Shown one piece after another: positions 1 through 14,305 of a stretch of DNA of 64,000 bases. Numbering within the stretch: the stretch's first letter is position 1; every line of letters starts with the position of its first letter. Both the position numbers and the translations under genes were made by a program. Where the stretch lies: positions 36,456,001-36,520,000 of the forward strand of contig OZ024756.1 in assembly GCA_964016885.1 (NCBI GenBank), given 5' to 3'. The notes beneath the pieces were generated by a model that saw only the letters and a list, made by a program, of their open reading frames with translations, had not been told where the DNA came from and ran no database searches. This stretch comes from Eledone cirrhosa (lineage: Eukaryota).

Positions 1-58
<58 letters not shown>

Positions 59-379
59 TTAACTTTAATTATATCTCATAAAATAATACAACTGGTTTTT
101 CCACATTATACATATTGTTAGCACCCCAAACACTTAAATTGGGTTTATATTTTAATATAACCTAATGTTTGTTGAGTGAGATGGTTACCAGTCAGAGTTT
201 AGCTTTAAACTATCTCTGTTATTGTATTAAATAAATATATATATATATGCTCTTAGCCATTGCTTTCCTCTGCCGAGGCTCCTACGTGTCCATACTGCCC
301 TATCCCAGATGAGGTGATTCTCTCTTTCTAAGTCCATTTCACGAATCGCTGCTCTGCTGTCCTTCATAAGTCCAAAGTG

Positions 380-451
<72 letters not shown>

Positions 452-475
452 ACTCTCTCTCTCTATCTCTCTCTC

Positions 476-534
<59 letters not shown>

Positions 535-743
535 TTGTGTGTGTGTGTGTGTATGTGTTTCTGTATGTGTTTGTGAGTTTGTGTATGTATGTATGTGTTT
601 GTGTTGGTATCTATGTTAACAAACATACGTTCACATAGACATATGCACACACACACACACACACACACACACGCATTCGTTGTGTAGTCGGGATGGTGTA
701 TGTATGAGTGTGCGTGCGCGCGCGTGTGTGTGTGTGCTTGCGC

Positions 744-792
<49 letters not shown>

Positions 793-872
793 CGTGCCTG
801 AAAGCGTATGTGTGAATACTGTGTGCGTTTACTTGTTTAACTATAAATATACTCATTCATTATATATACATA

Positions 873-1117
<245 letters not shown>

Positions 1118-1241
1118 AAAATATATATAAGTTAATACAATATATTCATATCACAATCTATCAATCTATATTTATCGATCTTGCTATCGACTTTTTGTCT
1201 CTCTCTCTTTCTCTCTTTATATATATGTGTGTGTGTATACG

Positions 1242-1434
<193 letters not shown>

Positions 1435-1444
1435 CTATATAGGT

Positions 1445-1733
1445 AATATTTGCATCCCGAAATACTTTTGTTGATTTTTGAGCTTTTATTTATAGCTATC
1501 GATTATTATTTAGGTCATTTCCTTTGGGACACCCACGTTTGAAGTTTCATATTCTCACAATGTGTTTCTTAGTTCAACAGCTTTGGTTTTTTTTTGTTCC
1601 TCTTTTGTGATCCCGTCTCTATTTGTACTTCTGAAGAAGGGCTTAAGTCCGACACGTCAAACTATCTTTCTCTTTCCAATATAAAGCATGAAACTAATAA
1701 CTTTTTGTACCTCTGTTTGTTGCTTCCTTGAAC
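1445..1733 (+). mobile_element. PLE terminal fragment in (TA)n with a degenerate hammerhead core at 1631-1657
   Basis: CTGAAGA-a.gggc.ttaa.gtcc-GACAcgtc; tail similar to the 21320 element. Confidence 0.5.
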
Positions 1734-1796
1734 TATATATATATATATACACACACACACATATTATATATATACATATATTATATATATATACAC

Positions 1797-1853
<57 letters not shown>

Positions 1854-1900
1854 TAATGTATATATACATATATTATACACACACACACATATATATATAC

Positions 1901-1983
<83 letters not shown>

Positions 1984-2064
1984 CATATATATAATATATA
2001 TTATTTATTTACGCATACAGATTTTACGCATATATAATATATATATTTATTTACGCATACAGAT

Positions 2065-2144
<80 letters not shown>

Positions 2145-2312
2145 ATATTCACAGACACGTATGCACATATATATACATTCATACATCCATATATATATAT
2201 ATAGTAACAATATAACAATATGAAAAGAACCTCTGGGCATTTTACTCTTTCATATTAATTTCGTATTATAAATTATATAGTAGTGTCCTCATAAATGAAT
2301 TTGCAAACACCC

Positions 2313-2369
<57 letters not shown>

Positions 2370-2495
2370 ATGAGAGAGAGGGAGAGTGATGGGGAAGGAG
2401 GGATATATATATATGTATGTATATATGTATGTATAAATATATGTGTATATATATATATATAAATCTCTCTCTCTCTATATATATATACACACATA

Positions 2496-2529
<34 letters not shown>

Positions 2530-2535
2530 CACACG

Positions 2536-2637
<102 letters not shown>

Positions 2638-2954
2638 TATGTACATAAACGTGGGTGTGTGTCTACATACCCAGTGTATAGTATATGACCAGTTCTATAT
2701 GGTTTAATGCTGGTCGTGTGAAGACCTGTATTATTTACAAACAGAAAAAAAACAAAAAACTTTCCAAACCCCGATAACAACTCCGCTTCCTTCTCCCTTT
2801 GTTTTTCTTTCTTTTACTTTCCTTTAAATCCCTTTTATTACCATATTTATATTAGAAGACTAAGCTTATGGTTCTCAGATAATTTTAGAAATAATCAAGA
2901 ATTTAATCAAGAATTTAGAAGGATTTAGTAATATAAATACCGTTTTGACGGTAA

Positions 2955-3160
2955 TCGATAGAGCGTCGGACGACATGCTTTGTGGTATATTGTTCCGGAC
3001 CTTTATGTTCTGAGTTCAAATTTCGCCGAGGTTAACTTTGCCTTTCATCCTTACGGGGTCGATAACATAAAGTACCAGTAACGCACTGAGGTCGATTTAA
3101 TCGACTTTCCCCCCCCCCCCCTTTAAATAACTGGTTTTGTGCCAAATGTAGAAACTTTTA
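2955..3160 (+). mobile_element. tRNA-derived SINE, family 1
   Basis: B-box gagttcaaat and body gcctttcatccttacggggtcgataa...aagtaccag; more than 12 copies in the window. Confidence 0.8.
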
Positions 3161-3389
3161 TTAAGCTGGAGGTTTCAACATAACAAATCTTCTTCAGTAA
3201 AATTATGATAGCAGTCTTATATATAAATAGAAGTCTTATATATAAATAGAAGTCTTATATATAAATAGAAGTCTTATAAATACACTTTAAGAATTTTGTT
3301 ACCATATTTCTAATGAAAAATACATTTTTTTTTTTCAATTAAATAGGTTTATTTACAATAGTTTATAACTTTGTCTATTAATCCGTACG

Positions 3390-3575
3390 TGGGCAAATGG
3401 GGTCCCACGGACAGGATGGAGAAGGAGTTTCCCCGGAGGATGGTAAGGGAGATGCGCTGGAAGAGCCATTCCAACTCGCGAGGCTCACACCTGCGGCTGG
3501 CTAGCTTAGCGCCTATATTGGTGAATAGGGAGGTAGCCCTAGGGCCAAGGACACCAGAAGTCTCCACTGCCAGTC
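3390..3575 (-). pseudogene. C-terminal fragment of a CRE-type (restriction-like endonuclease) non-LTR retrotransposon ORF
   Basis: AVETSGVLGPRA...IGAKLA...EPRELEWLFQRISLTILRGN matches the motif I recognise at the end of CRE-clade ORFs. Confidence 0.7.
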
Positions 3576-5158
3576 TGATTTTAAAAATGATTTTGAAAAT
3601 ATTCAAGAATTTACAAGGATTTAGTAATGAAACTAACTTTCTAATTTTTAACTGGTGTTTAGAACATACCTTAAAGGTTCTTATATAAAATTATGATAGG
3701 AAATTCTCGGGTATATAATTAGATATATAATTGGGTATGTAATGGAAGATACAGTTCTATGATTTTTAAATAATTTTTAATGTTATAGTAATATAACTAA
3801 CTTTCTCATAATTAAACTGGTGTTTGGAACATAACTTAAAATAATTTCACTCATAAAATTGTAAATAAATGTTTTTAGATAAATATAAACACTTTAAAAT
3901 AAACACTTTTGCATCGTAAAACTAGAGGTAGTTTTTGGGCGGTTTTGGAAACCAAAACTGTTATAAAGAAAAATCTATCTGGGGAATAAAGACGAACAAC
4001 TCCCATTTCCTTATTATATTTGAAGCGTTGCGAAAGTAATTTATTCAAAGCTGAATTTATGTTTTATTGCCATCAAATTGACATATTGTGAATTCCACTG
4101 TAGATCAAGAACTTACCAAATATATTTAGTGTAGCAGGATTCGCCAAACAGGAACTTGATCGCCGTACATAAAGTGTTGTCGAGTTAGCGTTTGTTATCC
4201 TTTTACGCCTATTATCATTTTATGTAACAACGCCTAAGAATCAGAAATTATTTTACTAAATCTCTCCGAATTCTTGATTATTTTTAAAAATCTATATTTA
4301 GTTCTGAAGAACTGATAAAAATATTTTCTATTGTCAATATAACCGTCATCATAATACTACAAATAAAAAGAGAAAAAGAGAAAGAAAAGGGAAAGGAAAA
4401 AGGAAAAAAAAACCACACAAGCAGGTAATACATATATCTAGGACCACATATAACAAAAGGCAAGCGAAGGGGTGGACAAACGAACCGCTGCCAGAACAAA
4501 AGATAACTATATTTTTTCAAAATTATTTGAAAACCACTGGCAATGTTTTTGATTATAAATATAAGAACGAAGGGTCAAAGCGAATTTATGAGTGATTATC
4601 TTAGTGAACCGCCAACAGGCATTACAAAATTATCTGAAAATAATAGGCAGTGTTTTTTATTAGAAATGTGGTGACAGAAGGGTTAAATGTGTCAAATAGC
4701 TGACTTGATTTCAAGGAGGAATCAAAACAGGGCTCTACTTGTTAGCAGATTAGCTCAACTGTACAGCGATCACCGCACGGCGTTTAAAGATAAGAGCTGT
4801 TAGTTGTAAGAGTGAAAGTGTGTGGTTGACTGAACCAGCCCTATTAAAGGGGCTTACGTTGTCGATCTGATAGAGGAGAGTACAAAGACTGCACTAACAG
4901 CATCTAATCCCAGAAACGTGCCCAATGACATCAGTCTAGATATTGTAGAATATATTCTAATGGTAGTCTTCTCACAATCTGATTCTTTCCCAGCGACGTC
5001 AGCCGCTTGCTTCAATAATCCCCATTCATCAATCAACATCGCTTGGATTAATCCGGATTAGATTTTAATCAAAGGAGTATCAATTAATTTGTTCATCGGT
5101 AACTGAAACACAAGGCAGCTGTGTTGTTGATATGCCACACCTGTGACGTCATAACACT

Positions 5159-5230
<72 letters not shown>

Positions 5231-5584
5231 AACAACCACACACAAGCCTACATACACACAAACACACACACACACAAACATATACAAATCTACATACACA
5301 CAAACACAAACACACACACACTCACACTCACAAGCACACACACACACCACACAAATAATCAAATAACTCAAGAAATGGAGGGGTCTACTTTTACTAGCTT
5401 CGGTAGTACTCCTCGCACCTCTGGGGAATACTTTTATGGTCTTGTCCGCGGGGCGTAACCCCATTACCACTGCACCCTAGGTCCAGAGCCCCATCACCTC
5501 TCCTTCCCCCTCTCCTTCTTCCGTGACACTAGAACCCTTGCTTTTTCCTTCCTTTTCCAGTATTTAAAAAAATATTTTTTTCTG

Positions 5585-5930
5585 AAGTTTCTGAACTAAA
5601 AAAAGGGGTTCTCCAAAAAGTTTCTGAACTAAAAAAAAGGTTCTCAGAAAAGTTTCTGAACTAAAAAAAAGGTTCTCAGAAAAGTTTCTGAACTAAAAAA
5701 GGGTTCTCCAAAAAGTTTCTGAACTAAAAAAGGGTTCTCAGAAAAGTTTCTGAACTAAAAAAGGGTTCTCCCAAAAGTTTCTGAACTAAAAATAGGGTTC
5801 TCAGAAAAGTTTCTGAACTAAAAAAGGGTTCTCCCAAAAGTTTCTGAACTAAAAAAAGGGTTCTCAGAAAAGTTTCTGAACTAAAAAAAGGGTTCTCAGA
5901 AAAGTTTCTGAACTAAAAAAAGGGGTTCCA
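5585..5930. repeat. ~31-bp minisatellite, about 11 copies
   Basis: aaagtttctgaactaaaaaaagggttctcag. Confidence 0.95.
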
Positions 5931-6032
5931 CATTTGAAAATGTTTGGGAAACTCTGGTCTATGGAATGCGCAGCTAATGAAACGTTAATTTCATCTGCAG
6001 GCTGTTCTGTTGATCTGAAAACTCTGCAGAGG

Positions 6033-6064
<32 letters not shown>

Positions 6065-6067
6065 ATG

Positions 6068-6141
6068 AGTTGTTGTTGTTGGATATCTGAGTTTTTTTTT
6101 TGTTATATTGTTTTTGTTGTTGTTGAATGTCTGTGTTGTTA

Positions 6142-6225
<84 letters not shown>

Positions 6226-6272
6226 TTGTATGTCTGACTTGTTTTTTTTCTTGTTATATTGTTGTTGCTGTT

Positions 6273-6342
<70 letters not shown>

Positions 6343-6915
6343 TTCCATTTATTTCCCTATTTCTATTTGTTATGGTTGTTCATTGTTTGCTTTCCAAAAG
6401 TTGATAAGATCTGTCTTCATTATTGCTTGTGACACTGTCCTCTGTCACACTGGTTCTGTACACTCCCCACCACCACCACCACCACCACCACTACCATCAC
6501 CACCACCACCACCACCACCACCACCACCACCATCACCACCACCACCACCACCACCACCACCACCACCACCACCACCACCACCACCACCACCACCACCACC
6601 ACTACCACCACCACCATCACCACCATCACCACCACCACTACCACCATCACCACCATCACCATCACCACCACCACCACCACCACCACCACCACCACCACCA
6701 CCACCACCACCACCACCACCACCACCACCACCACCACCATCACCACCACCACCGCCACTACCACCATCACCACCACCACCACCACCACAACCACCACCAC
6801 CACCACCACCACCATCACCACCACCACTACCACCACCACCACCTCTACAACTACCATCACGACGACGACCACCACCACAACCACTACCACCTCCACCACC
6901 ACCACCACCACTACC
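6068..6915. repeat. (TTG)n followed by (CCA)n microsatellites
   Basis: Directly visible. Confidence 0.95.
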
Positions 6916-7103
6916 CATATCGCCCAACCACATTCAATTAATTATACAAACATAGATGGCTGCCACTGATTGTAGGAATTCTGGCGGTGGTGGGAGTTGG
7001 TGGAGGAGATACTATCGTCAGTCACGTGACAGCAAAAATGGAGTGGGGTGAGGGAACTAATCTGAAGTAGAAGAAAAAATAGGAGAGAGATATGGAGGGA
7101 GGG

Positions 7104-7164
<61 letters not shown>

Positions 7165-7344
7165 GGGGAACATAGAAACATTGTATTTGTTTAATCTCTT
7201 ACCATTTATTTAGTCCCTTACCACCCATTACAATCCTTGCTACCAGATTCGACCTCAGAACTACAGAACTATGTCGACCTTCATTCCAGCATCCATTTTA
7301 TCACGCCCGTTTCATTCTTTCTCTCTCTTTGTATATAGGTAATT

Positions 7345-7869
7345 CTCGAAGGAATTGTAAGGCGTCACCCTGAACACGAGTCTGGTCCCTGAACAGACTC
7401 AGGTATAGACTACTCCGTTCAATGGAAAGCTATCACTGAGTCCAAGCCATACACAAGGGGCAATCCGTCTTGTGGACTGTGTATTGAAGAAAGGATAAAT
7501 ATTCTAAGGAGATTACGCAATAGCGATTGCCTAAGTTCAAAGCGATTGCCTAAGTTCAAGGAATGAAATCTTCTCACGTTGTCCACATGTCTGGAAACAC
7601 CTCTTGAATAACTACAAAGCTCCGGATTGAATAACAACATTCTAATTTTCTAATCAACTCGAACATTTTATTCCGAGCACTCGCAGTTATCTCTCTTACA
7701 CCTTTCGCCCGTGGTTTTGTACCGCTTGGGTGAAGTGACCGTTTCTGCGCATGCGGCGGGATCATACGGTTATTTTTCCTGTTCCGTATAACCATTACCA
7801 GTCCGAACTGAAGATCCACATAAGGTGAAACAATTGTTCTCGGTATGGAACTAACTGTTGTGTTACTAC

Positions 7870-7872
<3 letters not shown>
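7345..7872 (+). mobile_element. 3' fragment of a Penelope-like retroelement (GIY-YIG C-terminus, Naiad-like) with a hammerhead-bearing terminal repeat, ending in (TA)n
   Basis: Translation GIDYSVQWKAITESKPYTRGNPSCGLCIEERINIL...CLSSRNEIFSRCPHVWKHLLNNY (stop 7628-7630), frameshifted by a 19-bp tandem duplication at 7522-7559; hammerhead at 7803-7843. Confidence 0.8.
7803..7843 (+). ncRNA. Minimal type I hammerhead ribozyme motif
   Basis: ccgaa-CTGAAGA-t.cc.acataa.gg.t-GAAA-c.aatt.g-TT-ctcgg; palindromic loop III; one stem I mismatch. Confidence 0.7.
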
Positions 7873-7925
<53 letters not shown>

Positions 7926-9089
7926 TTTAATGAAAACTGAAGGCCGAATTCCAAATAATCCTTTAATGTTGCAAAATTCACAATACGCATTTCTATGGTC
8001 TGCTTACATTACAGAGAATAGAGTTAACTTCGGAGACGTTATGCCATCCAGTGTTACTGCTATGACGAACCGCTTCCGTCATAGGTGAATACTAGATGGT
8101 GTTTCTTCTTCGAATCAAGCCCATTCTTTGTTTATTAGGTATGAAATTCCTTTCTACGATAAGGACATGTTCAGATTAAAGGTCAGTCGCTTCTTGGTAT
8201 CCCGGCTCACGGTATCCCGGGGATTGAAAAAACATTTGTCATCGGAGGATGACGAAGGAGACGTACTGGAACGGTCATTCCACCTCGCAGGGCTCGGGTT
8301 TGCGGGTAGCCCTCTCCTCTCCGATAGCAATAAGTAGGGATGTGGCCCCGGGCGTCAAGAACGCCTGAAGTCTCCACAACCACAGGCTCGACAGTTTATT
8401 TATATCTTTGAATATTATTTTCTACTCATCCTTCTTCCTTCCTATCAATCTTTCATTTTCACTGAACCAAGCTTTATCAATTTCCTTTATATCTCTGCAG
8501 TGGGATCGAACCCAGGACGTTTTCTTAATTATTCGCCCAACGATATATCAAAATGTAACCATAAACCCCCAACGCTTTTTTCTTTCCTCTCCTCAATAAT
8601 TTTCTCCTCTTTACTGAACCAAGCTTTATCCATTTCTCCTTTTATCTTTATTTTCTCATCATTTATATATCCAGTCCATTCTTTCGCCATTCAATATACG
8701 ACGCAGACCTCATTAAATTACGCTTTCATTAAAACAGAACTAAGACCCATACATTAAACACACCTATGTCATTCCGTACACCAGACGCACCATTATATTC
8801 TTTTATTCCTTTATTCCTATATACCCAACTATAGAAAAAGCGACAGCCTTTGTCCTGATTGAATAAGCGCCATATGAACATCTTTCACGTGTCCACCAAT
8901 CAGATCGATATGTTGAATAGCGACATCTACCGGAGAATAGCCAGAAAACAATTACAATTACATAATCGATAAGAAAAGAAATTATATTTATTTTCCGACC
9001 TTGTTTTAATTTCGTTATATATATATATGCGCACTTCGTCGAGTGCTCCAGCCTGCATATTGAGGTGTGGTATACAACCAACATAAACT

Positions 9090-9149
<60 letters not shown>

Positions 9150-9311
9150 AGATCAAAAGATGGTTAAAGGAGTTCCATGTATTTTATTATGCGCATTTCA
9201 AAAACAAACATCATCATGCAATAATATTTGTGTTTTCATTAGATAAAACAGGAGAACATGATATGAAGGCTAAAAAACACTTGTGGATAGTGCAGTTTTA
9301 AATCAACATAT

Positions 9312-9393
9312 TTCCGTTTCGACGGCTATTTCTGTAGTCCAGAAATAGCCGTCGAAACGGCTTGAGCTCTGCCGTCGGGGTCATACTTTTTCC

Positions 9394-9469
<76 letters not shown>

Positions 9470-9697
9470 AAAAAGTAAGACCCCGACGGCAGAGCTCAAG
9501 CCGTTTCGACGGCTATTTCTGGACTACAGAAATAGCCGTCGAAACGGAAATAGCTACAGACTACAGAAATAGCTGTCGAAACGGCTTGAGCTCTGCCGTC
9601 GGGGTCATACTTTTTCCTATTTCCCACTCTACTACCCTAAGTATTGAGTACTCTGGTGCCTTATGGTCCATCTGGTTCCTTACCACAATTCTTTTGT
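9312..9697. mobile_element. Cluster of three pieces of short PLE-terminal family A in alternating orientation
   Basis: Repeated agccgtc-GAAA-cggc.ttgagctct.gccg-TC-ggggtc (3' half of a hammerhead, GUC site) with an ACTC/GAGT tail; (TA)n spacers. Confidence 0.75.
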
Positions 9698-9717
9698 TAT
9701 ATATATATATGTGTGTG

Positions 9718-9796
<79 letters not shown>

Positions 9797-9840
9797 AATG
9801 AAAGGTATAGAAAATATTGTAGCAAATATATATATATATA

Positions 9841-10200
9841 TGGTGGCTGCCAACTCGTTTTCGAGTACGGCCACTACTTTATATCCATGTAGGAGAACTC
9901 CTACCGATGCGCTGAACGAGTGTGACATTTTAGTCCAGCTAGCTACTTGAAAACTCTGGTACAAACACTACACCTGTGACAATTATTGACACAGTGCTGG
10001 GCCCATGGTACCATGTGACGACAAGTGCAGAGAGATCTCCAGATATAAAGCAATGCCTGTGCCGTGAAGCTTTTATAGTGAGCAAAGGCACTGCACAAAG
10101 CCAGTCCCACTCTCTTAACCAAGATGATATTTACCAAAAAGAAGAACAAGTCAACATCATTGGATACCATCAGGGTTGCAGGTGTTATATCAGAGTTTTC
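9841..10200 (-). mobile_element. RTE-like LINE 3' fragment
   Basis: CSVCTRVFK*LAGLKCHTRSAHR* (terminal CxxC...H finger) then a 3' tail hairpin ctcg.aaaa.cgag and (TA)n. Confidence 0.6.
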
Positions 10201-10209
10201 CTTCTCCTA

Positions 10210-10260
<51 letters not shown>

Positions 10261-10537
10261 TATATACATATATATTATTACTTTAGACATTTATAGCAAG
10301 TCAACAGCAGCCAGCGTTTACTGCACAACTGATCATATAGGGTGTGGTAAATAATGCCTCCGGTGAGCTGCTGAATGACGTTCAAAACCCATCAAGGATT
10401 TTATATCAAATTAATGTCTCTACATATTTTGTCGATCTCTTTTCGTTCAGCATCTAGGTTAGGGAACCTAAACAAACAGCAAACGTAAACACAGACATGG
10501 GAAAACACGCATGCATGTTTTCCCATGTCTGTGTTTA

Positions 10538-10770
10538 CTAGATACTATGGGTAGTAGAGTGGGTAATAAGAAAAGAGTCAGGACCCCGACGGCTAAGCTT
10601 CCGGCCGTTTCGACAGCTATTTCTGAACTGCTATTTCAGAAATAGCTGTCGGTACGACCGGAGCTCAGCCGTCGGGGTCCTGACTCTTTTCTTATTACCC
10701 ACTCTACTACCCATAGTATCTAGTACTCTGGTGTGTTATGGTCCACCTGGTTCCTTACCACACTTCCTTC

Positions 10771-10773
<3 letters not shown>
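10538..10773. mobile_element. Family A fold-back copy
   Basis: Inverted arms centred at about 10630, continuing into the full tail and (TA)n; abuts a separate 54-nt hairpin at 10485-10538. Confidence 0.75.
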
Positions 10774-10807
<34 letters not shown>

Positions 10808-10819
10808 TCCCCATTTTTT

Positions 10820-10888
<69 letters not shown>

Positions 10889-11202
10889 GAAAGGTATAGA
10901 AATTGTTGTAGCGAGAAGCTAACAGTATTCCATAACATATATGCGACTATAGCGTCAAGATGGGAAAAATAGTTAACGTAAGATGTAGGAAAAATAATTC
11001 AAACTCATCTCAAAAAAGAATCAGGATATAAATTCATCCACAGAATTTAGTGAAATCCAGGGAAAAATCAATAGAGCCTTAACTCATGATAAAATAAAGT
11101 CTAAAATACTTATCCTTCAATTTGGAAAAACATCAAATGCTCTGTATAGTCTTAAAGACTATTTCATGAAAACTTTCAGTGGAGATGGTCACGGTTGGAT
11201 TT

Positions 11203-11255
<53 letters not shown>

Positions 11256-11403
11256 CGTGTGTGTGTGTGTGTGTGTGAATATATATATATGATTCCAGTT
11301 CCTCAGAGAAATAACAACCCAACCAGGAGCTGGACATATCGGAGTATTGACGGAGTAAAACACTTCAACAACATGTGTACCTGTCTCTACCACACCAATT
11401 CGG

Positions 11404-11458
11404 ACTGCCCGAAGAGGTCACAGCCAAAGATGGCTGTCACCGAAATATATATAGCAGT
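11404..11458 (+). ncRNA. Minimal type I hammerhead motif (core variant CCGAAGA)
   Basis: actgc-CCGAAGA-ggtcacagcca.aaga.tggctgtcacc-GAAA-t.atat.a-TA-gcagt; stems I and II pair. Confidence 0.8.
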
Positions 11459-11772
11459 ACATCTTTAATAAACGAAGCCAAATCTTAAATATTTGACTTA
11501 ATTACTTTATTTTATATATATATATATATATATCAGATAGGGTGTGGTAAAATACCAGGTGGACCATAACCCCCCTCCCCCCCAGAGTACTCGATACTTG
11601 GGGTAGTAGAGTGGGTAATATGCATTGACTGCATGCCCATATATGGACTGTAGCCCTTAATAAGTTCAACTAGATTCCTGCCGTCTTATGTGATATTATA
11701 CTCTGCTCTGTGAGAGCATCGAGTGCTCAAACCGCATACCGCTTACGAACGCTTTAAGAATCCCACACCAAT

Positions 11773-11921
<149 letters not shown>

Positions 11922-11944
11922 CATATATATATTTAATCTAGAAA

Positions 11945-11995
11945 AGCTTCTACAGGACTAGAACTGTTTCATTCGTGAGAAATCATCAGGAAGCT
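11945..11995 (-). ncRNA. Type I hammerhead motif, canonical core
   Basis: agcttc-CTGATGA-t.ttc.tcac.gaa.t-GAAA-cag.ttctagtc.ctg-TA-gaagct (GUA site). Confidence 0.85.
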
Positions 11996-12002
11996 GATAG
12001 TC

Positions 12003-12053
12003 AGCTGCTTGATGATTTCTCACGAATGAAACAGTTCTAGTCTTGTAGAAGCT
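12003..12053 (+). ncRNA. Mutated inverted twin of the 11945-11995 hammerhead
   Basis: Same sequence on the opposite strand, with core TTGATGA and a stem I substitution. Confidence 0.7.
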
Positions 12054-12202
12054 TTTCTTGATTAAATATTTATACTCTGCTTTGTATTGAGTACTCTGCT
12101 TACTGTGGTTACCCCGATTGAACCCGGGATAAACTTATATATATATATATATATACATATACATACACAATATGCATACGTACACATTATATATATATAC
12201 AG

Positions 12203-12233
<31 letters not shown>

Positions 12234-12495
12234 CGAACAAAGGGAAACGGTGTGAAGGCTCCTTAGGATTGATTGTAGCTGTGATTCAATGCACCACCTC
12301 TGTTACATCCTATGTTATGCTGAATCTCCTTGAAAATTACGTTATAGATACACGTGTCTGTGGAATACTGAGTCGACCTTTGCCTTTCATCGTTTCGAGG
12401 CCGATAAAAGAATGTAGCAATCAAGTACTTTTACCGATTTAATCTACTTTCCTCTTCCCTTCAGATTGCTGGCCTTGTGCCAAAAGTAAAAAAAA

Positions 12496-12540
<45 letters not shown>

Positions 12541-13065
12541 GATGATGATGATATTGTTGTTGATGATGATGATGATATTGTTGTTCGTTTCTAAGAGATA
12601 GCAATAACAGAAAATAAACAGTGGCGTGAAAGAATGAAAAACTGGATCTGAAATATAGAAGGGGAGAAAATAGTGAAAGGATTTCGCCCATTATACTAAT
12701 AAGCCTAATCAATACATCGATATTTTCATTTTAAGAGACAAATTAATCACCTTGTTTACAACACCATTGTCTTGTCATATCAGAAATCTCGGAAACTCAG
12801 ATGTTTCATTATTAAACAAATTCATTAAACGAGTTTTTTTCCTTCAAATAGGTCGAGGTAAGAGGTCACGTGGAATAGTTGAATGTTTTTTGTGCAAGGA
12901 TGACGTTTGTTCGACACCATTTTTACCTCCGCTTGAAAATCTACTGTTGTGAGTTTTTGAGAGATTATATTTGAAGTTTAACAACGCCTGGGAAACAACA
13001 GTTCATTAATAAAGAAAGGAATGGAGTCAGTTATCAGATCGGACCACAGAAACAATGTTTCTATG

Positions 13066-13228
13066 CAGACCTGTCAACTCTCCCCATCCGACGGGGAGAT
13101 CTCTCACCCACTTTGGAGTGGGTGAGAGATGTCGTCTGTTGTGAAAATGGGTATAGCTTTCATTATGTAAAATCTCCCCATTTTGCCTCATTTCTCCCTG
13201 TTTCTGTTTTTAGAGGTTGACAGGTCTG
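13066..13228. mobile_element. MITE with 13-bp TIR CAGACCTGTCAAC (hAT/P-like)
   Basis: Perfect terminal inverted repeat; related copies at 30336-30525 and 52328-52521. Confidence 0.8.
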
Positions 13229-13889
13229 CCATGGGTCTTTACATTGCTGATAGTATCTGCTGAAGAAGAAAGGAAAGGATCTGATCATCAGATCGGTTCA
13301 TAGATACTATGTTTCTATTGGTCTTTCTCTTACTGATACTATCTGTCGGTCATATCTCGTGGCAGAAGAACGGAAAGGAGCTGATCGTCAGATCGAACCA
13401 AAGCAACTGTTTCACCTCGTCTTTCCATTGCTGATGCTCTCTCCTAGTTGTAACTCATAGCAGGAGAAAGGAAAGAAGCTAATCATCAGATCCCACCAAG
13501 GAAACTATGTTTCCATTGGTTTGTCCAATCTTCTGTACAAAACTTTAAGTACCAAACTATAAGCTCCATATTTTAACAGCAATCTCTTTACAACATGTGT
13601 ATTATAAGTGCAAACGATGGAAGGTTTCCTTTGGAATAGGATGTCTTAATAGATATATTCTGTTTTAATCATTTTTTCTACTACTGATAGGTAGCAAATC
13701 ATTTGAACGTCAGTTAAAAGGCTTTGTGGTATTTGTTTCGTCTCTCTGCACCCAGAGTTCAAATACCATTGAGGTCAACTTTAGCTTTAAGCCTTTCGAA
13801 GTCGTTAAAAAAGTACCAGTCCAGTTCAGTACTGGGTTCAATTCTTTCTCTATATCTCTTTTCCACTCCTCCCAACTCTCACTCTCTCT

Positions 13890-13971
<82 letters not shown>

Positions 13972-14050
13972 CCCTTATTGTATAGCAAACCATGTCACAC
14001 TTCTTTCTTGATTTATAAACATATATATATATATATATACATATATATAT

Positions 14051-14228
14051 GAAAAGAGTCAGGACCCCGACAGCTGAGCTCCGGCCGTTTCGACAGCTTA
14101 GCTGTCGAAACGGCCGGGGCTCAGCCGTCGGGGGTCCTGACTCTTTTCCTATTACCCTCTCTACTACCCTAAGTATCGAGTACTCTGGTGCGTTATGGTC
14201 CACTTGGTTTCTGACCACACTTTCTTTG

Positions 14229-14230
<2 letters not shown>
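14051..14230. mobile_element. Family A fold-back copy
   Basis: Palindrome centred on gacagct-t-agctgtc (about 14099), flanked by (TA)n on both sides. Confidence 0.75.

Positions 14231-14305
<75 letters not shown>

Noticed and set aside
3172-3197. Minus-strand CTGAAGA...GAAAC
   Set aside because: No convincing stems; likely a chance match.
7631-7802. Possible SECIS element downstream of the Naiad-like ORF fragment
   Set aside because: No AUGA/GA quartet with apical AA found by eye, and no in-frame TGA at conserved Cys positions.
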